NCBI GenBank assembly: GCA_037379345.1
Contig: CM074519.1
Location: 6,572,001-6,636,000 of the forward strand
Length of the DNA: 64,000 nucleotides
Source: Perna viridis
Lineage: Eukaryota
Direction of reading: 5' to 3'
The notes beneath the pieces are model-generated. The model had not been told where the DNA came from, searched no databases, and saw nothing but the letters and a program-made list of their open reading frames with translations. A program made the translations under genes and the position numbers. Position 1 is the stretch's first letter. The number at the start of each line of letters is the position of its first letter. This document shows positions 48,956 through 61,200 of this stretch, piece after piece.

Positions 48956-51900
48956 AACAAATTTCAAAAAACAAAAATGACGAAAACATACAGAACGTTC
49001 ACACATGGTTTATTAATTTTTTTATTATTATTTTAAATCAATTTCTATTGGCACTGTACCCTATTAGTATATTTATTTCGTGTTGGTTGTAAATCTACAA
49101 TTAAAAGCCCTGATGAATAAATCGTTGCCGGTAGCAACAACTTACAGAAAAATGGGATCATAATTAAGGAGAGAACATAACTGTTGCATGCGCATACATT
49201 AAGTTGCATATTACTGCTAGGCGATGAAAATATTTATTAAGTATTTTAATCGAATTTGGAACGCGTGCGGTTCATGATAAAACTTAATATTTTGAAGGCA
49301 AAGTTCATTTGCAACAAATATTTATATAGTAACATGTATCTTTCGCGGCATTTATTTTGTGGGTGCTATGGACATCCATTAAGTTCTACCTAATCTAAAT
49401 TCTACTTTTTTAATATTTGATTATCAAGAAGTTTTGATAGGGTGCAGGTTTTATGAGCTTTTTCGGATAACTTTGATATATCGTTGCAATTGAACCGATT
49501 CGGTCACTTTTCAGAACATGATTCTAGCTGTCACGAAAATAAGGTTACAGCAGGCGTTTCTTGCCATGTGAATAATTTATCTATTCAGGCTACAGTGCAT
49601 TACTTGCATATAAATTGAAAAAAAAAACAAATAAATTGCAATACAAAAATAGAAACACCACAAGAAACACATCCTCGTGTTATTGTACACGTAGTTGTAG
49701 TACACGGAAACAAATTTTAAAACTGATTGTATGTACTTATAATTTTTATCGATAATTTAAGCTATTAATGACTATCTAAAAAATGTGAAAAAGTACTTTT
49801 TAACATGTTTATATCGTATCAAGGGTCGTTTGGTTTGAAATTTCTGAGGCCCCTGTCCTTCTAGGCCAGTAGGTTGAATTTACTGGCCCCGTCCTGTCCA
49901 GTCTACCCGAACTCAAGTCCACTTTGATGTTGCGGATTTTAGATGCATGTAGCAACCCTATTAGTTCCAACCATTTCTTATACAACAATGCGAACATTTA
50001 CTAGAAATATTCTGTTTCTGACAAAAAGACTTCAGACGATGGATTTCCATGATTTCATCATTATATTTTCTGTAATGTTTACCAACCCCTATTTTGTATT
50101 GCTTGTTTGATTCACAGTATACAGGAAACAGTTAACCGTTACAGGTATGAGAGCGGACGGTTTTGCGCGCTATACACGCTGGTTTAACCAGCCATTACCA
50201 ACGAAAATGACTGAATGTACATGTCTAGTCATGTTCATTGTAGTTGTTTCTACTTTTCCGGATTTTGCCTTTATATTTCCATTTTATCATATGGACTTTC
50301 CTTCTCTTGCCTTTCCCTTTTGACTATTATCTTAAGTTTGTATGTATCAATTCGATAACTTAGTTCTTACAATGTATTTAGAAAACCTACCCGGATTTCG
50401 GGTCAAAATTTGATCATATTTCATATTATAATATCACGTGACAATTTGTTCCCATTCCCAAACTTTTTACCGACGCCTTGATCTTTGGGGAGACCAATCA
50501 CATGTATTCTTTAGTTGTTTCGTTTTCACTTAATTTCCCAGGTTCACAGAGGTAAAGTGCTTCACTTTTTTGAGTCTCAACCACTTTACCGCATATCAAT
50601 TTGCTAATGGTTATATTTAGATTCGAAACTTTCCACGAAAGGCTTGATAAGTTTTGAAAATCTTAAGGCATGGAAAGGTAGCGATTTATATAAATTTTCT
50701 TCTACAATGAATACTATTGAATAAATCTATTTTAGTGACTGTAAAATTTTCTTAATAGTAGATAGTCAGCAAGAGGAATTAACTTTTATTTCATGTTTGT
50801 TAGGACCCATTCGGTGTTATGTGTACATACAAAAAAGACGAGGCACATAAATGCAGAAATGAATCACGGATTCAATTTTATTATTGTATCAGGATTTCTA
50901 TGCATAAAGGTACATTTAATATTAATTGCCTGAGACAGACTGTCAAAAAATGGAGATCCCAATAGTCATCTCCCCTTTCCCGCTTGAAATTTTGTATCGA
51001 CACCTAAAATGTATACCGAAATCTTATTCAATATTTTAGGGAGGTATAGGGTCCAGAAATAAAAATGGGAGTTCCTGTTTAGAAATTAATTATATAAAGA
51101 GGATGATTGCTTGCTGTTATTTTTATATATGTCAATGTTTTGAGAAAAATAACAAAATCTAAAATTCTACAAGAAAAATGAATAAGGTGGGTAGGGTTCA
51201 GACCCCGGAACCCTCGTTGAACCCGCCACTGTAATCACATAAGGTAATCAAAGACAGGTATGTTGAAGCGTCATGAAAGCTAGAATGGAAATCTAAATGA
51301 CCAATACATAAGTAGGCGTGGATACAGATTTCTTCTGTTGTTCCTGAAAAAGGGGGTTCCAGGCTATTATTTCTCATGTTGCCCAAATTTTGCAAGAAAT
51401 ATCAAAATCGCCCAAAAGACGTGTGTCCAACACCCGCTCTCCTTTGACTCGACCATTATACAAGTTCGTATTTAATAAAAAAAAAAACTTGTCTACCTTT
51501 TTTTTCGTTTTGTTTTTTTTCTAAGTATTTTTTTTTCTTGTGAAGTTTGTTTCCTCAAATAAGTACAATGACTCACCACTGTTTGTTTTGCTAGTCGATT
51601 GTTAGTAGTAAGTAACTGTCTGTTTTAAAAGCCGAGCACTTCACAAGAAATTCATTGTATAAGTATGTAGCGAAGGTCATCAAATTAAAGTTTTAAAGAT
51701 CTGTAGGGAAAACCTGGATACCATGCATCCTGTGCAAGAGTTACAAGTACCTGAACACCTTAAAAAGTCGCTGACTAATAGGGCGATCAATATGAACAAA
51801 AACCACAAGTGCAAACGGACAGAAATCTAGATATACATGTACTTTCAAAACGATTAAAAGTTTTAAAGTTATAAATATGATATGCATTTATATTGCCATA

Positions 51901-52207
51901 ACATGACTTATACTCTATAATTTGTATATAGTGGTAGTATAGTGCTTGTTTGCGACGTCGGGGTTTATGAGGCGAGGAGTTTCTTCCTCATATTGCGTTT
52001 AGAAACGTTGACATATATGTACCTTACTGTTATAGTTTACCCTACTTTGAACTTAAATGGGCAAAATACAATAAAACCTGTCTAAACTGAACCCATTTTA
52101 AACTTTAAAAAACACTTCGCTTTAGAGTCAAGAGCTTGCTCCCAATATCAAATATGCTGCCCGTCTAGCGTACGTGTTATATTCTAGTCAAGCTGCACAT
52201 TAGATAG

Positions 52208-52367
52208 CAGTGGCGGATCCAGGGGGTGCAAGGGGTTGGCACCATCCTTTTTTAGAAATGCATACATGTATAAAATTGACTAAAAGTGTTAATTAATGTC
52301 CTAGGGCCCCCTTTTTCTGAGAACCCCGGCTAGCAACCCTCCTTTTCAGTGTCTGGATCCGCTCCTG
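52208..52367 (+). mobile_element. CAGTGGCGGATCCAG-TIR MITE
   Basis: Same family as 34127-34305. Confidence 0.8.
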
Positions 52368-53089
52368 AATAGTGGGAGCATGCCCCTGTCAGTTTGATAG
52401 GTCTCTGGTGTTAGGGACGTTGACAAGTGTCCGCTTTGAATTAGATGGTTTCGGATTATACAGGGTCCGGTATACACATGTTCCAGAGTAATTAAATTGC
52501 ACATGATCAAACGTATTCAAACTGGCTTACGCTATTGTTGCGACGTGGACGAAGGGTGATGAGTTTGTTCCTAAAGCTGACAGTTTTAAAAACAACTGCC
52601 ATATTTGTATAGATTTTAGAAACGTTGACAAACTTCATTCAAGTGCTATTCTCTGTAAGAATTAGGCAGTTTGTAGAACTTGGTAAAAAAACCAAAACAC
52701 ACACACAAGTCTTTCCATGAAATCTAATTCAGAATGTTCTCTGAAATGTAGAAATGGCATTCTTTCTTTTTTGAAGTGTCAGTAATTCGAGGTATGAATT
52801 ATATAAAATGTATTGCAGTTTCGTCAGCAAATGGAGGTGACAATCACTTTTCCCCGATCATTTTTTTGTAATTATGAACTCTCTCTTCTGCATCCTCTGA
52901 CACTTCTAAGAGGGACGAACTATCAATTCGTTTTCAATAAACCATGAACTATGTTGCAACAATGTCAAATTAGTGAGTCTTTTTAAGCATGTTTTTTTTT
53001 TTCAATTTTGCCTGATTCTTATAGATACCAATAATAATGCAAATAATCAAAATAACATGTACAAAGAAACAAAACCAAATGAGCAACTC

Positions 53090-53912
53090 GTACTCCCCCG
53101 AAAACTTATAGCAAGATACGAGCGTTCATTTACATTCACGGTAGGAGCGTTCGATTATCGTTTTTTAAACGCACGATAGACGCATTCGTTTAAAAACGCA
53201 CGATACGTTCGTTTGCACGCACGATAGAAGCTTTCGTTTATTTGCAGGATAGTAACTATCGAGTAAACAAGGGACAAGGTTATTACTGTACATGTAATGA
53301 TTAAAAAAATACGGTGTGGTTTTACGGAGAAATACAAACACTCTGATACATGTTCTTGCTACATATCACTTATTAAAAATACAGAATATTATAAAAAAAA
53401 AAAAAGTTGCTTTAAGGCGGACGAAGGAAAGAGAAAGAAAGACGTTGAAACAGTCATATAATTCATGTTCTAAAAGCTAGTCTCTTGTGTGAATGTATGT
53501 ATATATTAAGAACACGATGAAGACCCCACTCGATAAAACCACCTCTTCATATTGTTCTTTTTATTTGATAAGTTGACGCTACATAGAAAATACAGAAATA
53601 TCTTGAGTAATACGGAGTAAAAATGAAATAAAACAAACATTTGAAATATCATATTATGGATAAACTTAAAACAAAGTTTGCCCTTCCGAAATTGTGAGTT
53701 CAAATTCAGACTGATTGCGTTCGTTGATTATGCGTTTGAACGCACGGTAGGAGCGTTCGTGCATCGTGCGTGTAAACGCACGGTAAAAGCCTTCGTTTAT
53801 CGTGCGCAAACTAATATCGTTCATGTATATTGTAAGACAGAAGCGTTCTTAATTGGGAACATGCTTTTCAAACGGAGGATTAGGGTGTCTGTTGAGCCTT
53901 TAGCGTGCGTAT
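53090..53912. mobile_element. Element with AAACGCACG(A/G)TAG repeats related to 37018-37422
   Basis: Shared internal repeat motif; ends not resolved. Confidence 0.55.
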
Positions 53913-54347
53913 AGGTATATGATGTTATTCACATACATCTGTTTGTGTTGGCGGAAATCTTACCAGAAAGGCAGCACCAGGTTGTCGGTTGGCAGAAAGT
54001 GTTGGAAAGGCAACAACAGGTTGTGTTGGCAGAAAACCTGTCAGGAAGACAGAATCAAGTTATGTTAGACTATTCATATTCCTTCGTTAAGTGAACTAAA
54101 AGATTTATATTGCTTGAGCTAATTTGGTACACATCACATCATTTAATGTTATATTTTTACTGTCTCGTCTCAACTATATTTTTGTAACTTAAATTAACAC
54201 TAGTGAATTTGTAGGCCTGGCGTAATTGATTACGCAATAGTTAAGTTTAAACATATTAGATTTGTACTAAACAAAATGGGTCAGAAAAAAGTAAAATAAC
54301 ATGCTTATGATATATTCTAGTGAAATAATAATAATATCAATTAATTA

Positions 54348-54481
54348 CGGGCGTCAATTTCACAAAAAGTCGTAAGTGTGAAATTGATTGCAAATTGTGA
54401 TGTCATAATGCTATTTTATGTTGTGACGTCATTACTTACGATCAACTTTACACTTACGACTTTTTGTGAAATTGACGCCCG
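54348..54481. mobile_element. Palindromic TA-flanked MITE
   Basis: Perfect ~32-bp TIR CGGGCGTCAATTTCACAAAAAGTCGTAAGTGT. Confidence 0.9.
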
Positions 54482-54805
54482 TACCTGAAAAAATGTATAG
54501 GAGTATTTACGATATTCAGACAATATACAATATACCGTGCAACCGGCGCGGCACGTGGCATTTAGGTTACAGACCACCAATTCAACCAATGAGCATTTGG
54601 AACGTACGCAAAAATAGTCCTACGCAGAAATTACCCCTGTTCCTCATAGTGCTGTGAAAAAAGTTATCATCTTATTTTAAAACTTTAAACAGTTTCTGAA
54701 AGGAAAAACATTTCTGTACATTTTATAGGTGCATTTTGCTTCTTGTGATGCGAAGCCTAATCTCCATAATGATTTCTAAATATACCCCTATCTTGTGAAA
54801 ACACT

Positions 54806-54815
54806 GGGATTTCCC
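54806..54815. promoter_or_regulatory. NF-kB consensus site ~6 kb upstream of NOS
   Basis: GGGATTTCCC matches GGGRNWYYCC; motif match only. Confidence 0.3.
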
Positions 54816-56513
54816 ATGCTATTTATAGACACTTCACTTCTGGTGACCAGTACTGCACTGCAAGTCTGCTAACCCCACTGCCATTCTGAGGATTGTGAGC
54901 TGACATATGTAGAATCATGCTGATATGTAGTCCTCTGCAGGTTAAAGTTAAGGTAAAGTCCAGAGAAGCCATTGAATATTGTGAAATTTGCATAGAAGCC
55001 TATGGGAAGTGGAAGTAGTGGTTTCTAACCTTAACATAAAATACATGTATTTAGACACATTGCAGTTAGCTGACAGTTAATATGTGACACGCGTGTATAT
55101 TGCGCCTTTAGTGATATTACACAGATATCGAGTGGAATTATAATATACTAGCGGTATACTTGTACATGTATCATTTTGGTATTGAAGTAATGCTATAAAA
55201 TTTAGTACTGACCAAGTGAACTGAAGACGAGAAATATGAATAATAATTTTAAACCTTATACACAAGTAGTTACGCTTGTAACAAAGAATTTTGAGAAAAT
55301 GATAAAATTCCGATCTGAATGGAGATTTAAGGCTCTTCCCTTACTCCACTTTACATATAAAATTTACATGATTTTTTTCTATTCAAAGATTAGACAGCTC
55401 ATGTATAAACGAAGTATTATCTGTTATAAGTTACATGGGGTATGTATATGAAGAGTTCGTATGTAATGTATACAATGCAATTTTTAGAGATGCCTCATTG
55501 GAATAAACAAAAAATAGAACTTCATGTATATACTTCACTGATATACCGCAACGTCGCAACCAAATTTGAGATCATTAATTAAAAATATGTTTACATGTAA
55601 TATTAGACTAGGAGCTTAAAACTAATATTTTAATGATTCTTAAAAAAATAATGACGGTTTATGTTGATTGCGCCACAACCCTGTTGTCGGCTATTTATTT
55701 TAGTTAATCGGATTCCCTGGGATAAACCCACGATGATACATATAACGTACAGTTTTTTGTAGTTAATTAAAGGGACGCTTTTCCCTCAATTAAAGATAGC
55801 GTGGGCAGTTCTCCTATCTTTTCGCAGTTCGAAGATCTGTTGACACAGGTGTGGGCTTGCCATTAACTGACAGGTATATATATAGGACTTTATATGGTAC
55901 AACATGATTATTTAATTATGAAACAAGTTGCATTGTTTTAAAATCAGGAATACAATCAGTTTTTATCTACCACAGTGGTTTAATGTAAATGTTGCATAGC
56001 AAGAACAATAAACATCTTACAAGAATTCTTTTGAATATGTTTCGGGGAGGAAAAAGTTTGTCACGCAAAATCTCCCACATAAAAAAAATTCAAATGAGGA
56101 AAATCCTTCTATACCTACTGTCAGAGGTTACAAGACCTCAAGTTAGGGTTACACCCTCCCCCATGTTTGGGGTACTACCCCTCATACGGCCGTTTTTTAG
56201 TCCATTGTAAAACTTTAAAGTTTTCTAAATACATGACTGTATGCAATGTTGTTAAAAAGTGGAAATATTTGTGTAATTTAAAAAACTGTTGAAAATGAAG
56301 TATATTTTTATTTTCATTATTTCATAAGTTACAGGCCCAAGTAAAACGCAATATTTCAAGGCCAACAACTATTTAGATATATCCTGGGTAGGAAAATAAA
56401 AATATTATATGTTGTGAAGTTAAACATGAATTACAATAACGCATAAGTGAACAAAAGGAACTACATAAAACAAATATAAATTAAAGGTACAATATTGACA
56501 AAATGCCAATAAG

Positions 56514-56769
56514 CAGGCGCGTAGCTGAGGCCATATTGAAGTGTAGGCAAAATTACGGCAGGGGGTGTGGGGCCGCTTAAGGCCCCAAGCAGGTCTAGTG
56601 CGGAGCCCTGGTAGGGGGTCCAGGGGGGGCGAAGCCCCCCGAAGCTCCGCGGAGATAGCGTTTTAGAGCATCAATTATGCCTCTCCTGGATGTATTTTAT
56701 CTAAAAAAAAAAATTGGCAAAATTAAGTGTAGGCAAAAGTTTTTTTGCCTAACGGCAGCTACGCGCCTG
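56514..56769. mobile_element. GC-rich MITE
   Basis: Perfect 14-bp TIR CAGGCGCGTAGCTG; subterminal AAGTGTAGGCAAAA twice. Confidence 0.88.
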
Positions 56770-56924
56770 ATAGGTCATGAAATGTTAAAGTAAAGGTATA
56801 TCTAATATTTAGATATTAGAATAAAGAGTATCATTATTCATAAAAATATACTTCAAATACCATAAACATTCCCACTTTTAAATAAAATAAAACAATTTCC
56901 AAACATTCTGATGCTATAATAAGG

Positions 56925-57200
56925 TTGTTGAGACTATTCGAGCTTTGTATTAAATTGTTGAGACAGTTTAAGACTTAGTCGAGACTGGTTGAGACTTATT
57001 CAAGACTATTCGAGACTGGCAAGACTGGTTGAGACTTATTCAAGACTATTCGAGACTGGCAAGACTATTTGAGATTGGTCGAGACAAGTTAAGACTTGTA
57101 CAAACTTGGTCAAGAGAGGTGAAGACTGTGTCAAGACAAGTCGAGACACGTTCGAGACTAGTTTGGACCAGGTGATACTCGGTCAAGACAATCCGAGTAT
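56925..57200. repeat. Minisatellite of ~11-bp GAGACT/AAGACT units
   Basis: Degenerate GAGACTGGTT/CAAGACTATT array with an exact higher-order duplication. Confidence 0.85.
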
Positions 57201-57288
57201 TTTTCAGACATATTTAGAAAAGTTAAAACTGAGTTAGCACAAGTTAGAACATAATGTACCCTATTCAGACTTATATAACTTAGTAGTG

Positions 57289-57502
57289 GGAGGTAGACCA
57301 GGGGTAAGGGACACAACTCTTACAAATCATTGGAACGTTTGTATTAAGTATTTCACATCTATCTCATGTAAGCATCAAAGTAACTCAGAATGATTTCATA
57401 CTGTTTCAAAAAGGAAAACTTAAAAGGCTTTGGTAAAATTGAATATGAAACAAACATATCACTGATTTCAAGAGTTATTTCCCTTACCCTAGGTCTATTT
57501 CG
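57289..57502 (+). mobile_element. TTAA-site MITE family B, copy 2
   Basis: Highly similar to 39835-40046. Confidence 0.85.
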
Positions 57503-57889
57503 TTAAATGATTGTTCAATTTTAGGGAATACATCTTGTGTCTAGTTTGGAAGAATACAAAGGTTAAAGCAATGAAAACTAAGGATTTATGCATGGACTCA
57601 CTTGTTGTCCAAGAAAAGTTCAACAGTAAACTAAATTGAAATCATGCTTACATGTATTGGTCTGACACAGCTAGTATGCTCTTCGGCTTTTCAAAACATC
57701 AAAATGAGTTTTCCGTAACTTGAAGAATATCCCCGAACTGTCGTCATGTTAATATAATGTGAAACAATTCGACTGAGAATTCCTAAAAAAAATAATAATC
57801 CTAGCTAATGTTGTAATATTTATCGACTAGTTAATGTTTTTGGTTTTTGTTTGTTTTATGTTATAGTGTTTATTTAGTTTGGGTTTTAT

Positions 57890-58024
57890 GTGGTAACGTT
57901 ATATAAGTTACTTATTGTTGGCCTTTTTATACGAAAAGTAGTGCATAATACATGGGTGTTATATGGTAACGTTATATAAGTTACTTATTGTTGGCCTTTT
58001 TATACGAAAAGTACTGCATAATAC
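57890..58024. repeat. Tandem duplication (~74 bp x2)
   Basis: TGGTAACGTTATATAAGTTACTTATTGTTGGCC...TGCATAATACA twice. Confidence 0.9.
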
Positions 58025-58067
58025 AGACTAATAAAACCCCTTCCGGTTTATGTGTATTCTATATTTT

Positions 58068-58234
58068 AATAAATATGTAATTTCATATTGGTCCTGTTAT
58101 AGGTTTGAGGTCTGTCATATTGGTCGAGGCGGTCATGTTGGTCCCGAGGCATCGCCGAGGGCCAATACGGCTGTCGAGGCCAATATGATTGACCGAAACC
58201 TATAACAGGGCCAATATGAAATTACATATTTATT
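58068..58234. repeat. Long imperfect palindrome, probably part of a non-autonomous element extending to ~58485
   Basis: AATAAATATGTAATTTCATATTGG.CCTGTTATAGGTTT arms around a GAGGCATCGCCGAG centre. Confidence 0.8.
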
Positions 58235-61200
58235 GACAATTTTATTAACTAACTCAACTAGATGATTTGTAGAACAGTTGTTTTCGTGTTTTACCAAGAA
58301 CATGTAGGTTTATTTGCATTTATAAGTCTTAAATATCCTTTTTTATGAAGTTATGATGCCGTATTGGCCCTGGTTTGATCCTTATTGGCCTTCTTTTTTT
58401 CATATTGGCCCCGTATAGATGCCTGGTTTGAATTCATATCAATTGGTCAGTTTTTGACATATTTTAACGTATTTTCGGTTAATAATGGATAAGATTAAAT
58501 ATAAAAGACCTTAATGTGAGTTTACAGACTTACCTGTATTAGAATATCACTGAATAAAGACATATCACTGAATATAGACATAACAAAATTAATGTTTCAA
58601 ATTATAAAATGAAGATGATATTGTCCAACTTGATTATGCCGAGCCTACAAGAACTTTGTCAACCAAAATATTTTCAATTTAGTTATATTAGTGTCGCAAA
58701 TCAAATGCGAATTCCACCAAATGAAAAAAAATGTGGAATGTTAATAAGATGTTATTGATTGTGGAATTATTTGCATATAATTATGATGCAGCACTAAAGC
58801 ATTTGAGTTAAAATAGTTTAAATCTCTCATAGAATCAAATCAGAAACTGCTTGAGTACGGATTTCAAAAATACTTCAAGGCGCATATCTTACACCCAAGA
58901 GCTGGCTTAAGATCAAGCTCCACGCAGCTGCAGACGTTTGTACCGCCCGCTGCAGACAGGAAAAATTCGGACTTCATTCGAATTAAACGTCGTTTTACAT
59001 TCGAGAAAGTTAAACGCCGCGTAAATTCATCTTCCCCTACTATGGTAGATGCTTGCATTTTTGGAAGGTTGTCCTAGGTGTCTAGTAAGTAAATGTTGTT
59101 CGGATATGCTCTTCACTGTTGTCATTCTACTGATGGGCTATCTTAATCTGGATAATGTACATGTATTTTAAATTTAAAATACGAGAACCACATAAATAAT
59201 CCCAGACATTCTAAATATATTTCGATTGTGAGATTATAGTGCCCAATTGAATAAATGAGAGATCGCCCTATCTGTTGAGTTTTCTCACATTTGTTTCAAA
59301 ATTCAAGTTAGCTAATTTGGTTTTAAGAAAAGAATCAGAAAGTCCTCAAATTTAAATTTTCATTATGAAACTTCGATTCTGAGGCATGTTCCATTTCCAA
59401 GACAGATGATACCAAAGATGTTTTAATTACTTAAATTACAAAGACTTGGGTAGTGTTTTTTTTAAACTTATTGTTTATTTTTGTTTCTGTTGTTGGTTTT
59501 ATTGTTTGGTTCTATGCATTTGTTAATTGTTTTTCTTCGTTTTAACTAACAAAAATATGTACGTATGTTCATTTTGTTCACCATTTACATAATTGATATA
59601 TAAACTCTACTTATGTCAAACCACCCCCTCTTTCCCGTTTTGAGGAAATCAATGTAAATTGTAACATCAAATTAGTAATTCTATATACTATATACACTGT
59701 TCTCTTTCAGAATTTTAAACTTTCCCATGAATAAAGTCATAATTTCCTCTCGCCCTTTTTTTTTCTTTCGAGTCATCAATATGTCAAGTTCTACCTTTTT
59801 CTAAGTAGAATTGTAAATAACTAGTGACCATGAACAAGGTCATTGTGACGTAAACATGTCAAACTTAAGCATCAAACACACCCTGACTTCAAAACAAACG
59901 CATTACAAATTCTGTTTAAATTTCGATATGAATTGCATAATATTAACCGTTACATTTTAATACAGACAATTAATTTAAATATATTGTTTTGAAGTATGTT
60001 AAAGTCACGCTAAAATTAAACTTAAATATGGAATAAGTTGTGAAGAGATACGAATTGGTTGTCTAACAATCTGACAATTTTGTAAATGAGTGGGATTTAA
60101 ATGTTTGTAAGAATCGGGCAAAACGGGAGAAAATCAGAAACATGCATGCCAAAAACCAACCGATCTGACAATACGATTTCATTCAAGGATGCTTTCTCTA
60201 TTTGAAAAAAAAAAATTATTTAATCTCTGCAGCTCTGGATTTGCTCAGAAAGTTAGAAAAAAGAGGTTTTTGAGTTATCTGCCCTAAAATGTCCATTTTG
60301 AGTGCATTTCAATGAAATTATAACTCAGTTTACCAAAATGAAATGAAAAACTTAGTCTTTTTTCTTTGATTCTTATGGTGCAAATAGTTAAATTAAACTT
60401 CAAAATGGTCGTGTTTCACCCACTGCCTGATTCTAACAGAGACTGGCACTTAATGGTCCCTTATGTAATGTTTTGATAGATGTTGTTATTGGTCTTGACA
60501 GAAATTTTATTCCAAAGTTACAAAAAGTGCATTTGAGCACTTCGATCTGATTTAAAGATATCGGGCATCAATTGAGGTCATGTAATGTCGGAATGACCTG
60601 AATGTCATTGCTTGATCACGTGGCTACTTGTTTCGCTGGATTTTGTTGAAAACGGTCCGAATTTGTCCACTGAAAAAGAACAAAAAAATGCCAGAACTTG
60701 ATCTGACATGTGATAGTTATTTTATGGACCACATTTCGACCCATGGGTAAAAAAAATCCATTTCTCTTCTTATGGGGAAAATAATAAATTGACACCTTCT
60801 ACCAACTGTTTAAATAAAAGTTAAACTGACACACATGTCACAGTTAGGGTCAACATATTCACACTAGGCCGTATGTGGTCTTGTAAAGAACTTTTTAATT
60901 ATGTGCTGCAAAGGTTAATTACTGCATTCAACAGATTAATTGAAACGTCATGAAGATTACTACAAGGTAACCTGTACAAACCGATCCCATTTTGAACATA
61001 AAAATTGGGTTCGGTTAAGACAAGTGGTCGGTTTTAATTACCAAGGTTCAAGTTTAATTTAAACTGATATAAAGCACCGTGTCTAAACACCAATTACCTA
61101 ATTTTGGTATAAAAACAGTCAAATCTGTCGTTAAATTATAATTCCGTGATTTTGCAGTTCAGTGCATTTATGAAACAATGACAATACTGCAGACTAAATG

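Noticed and set aside
58864-59058. GC-richer 64-aa ORF
   Set aside because: No recognisable protein similarity or splice context; probably a repeat fragment
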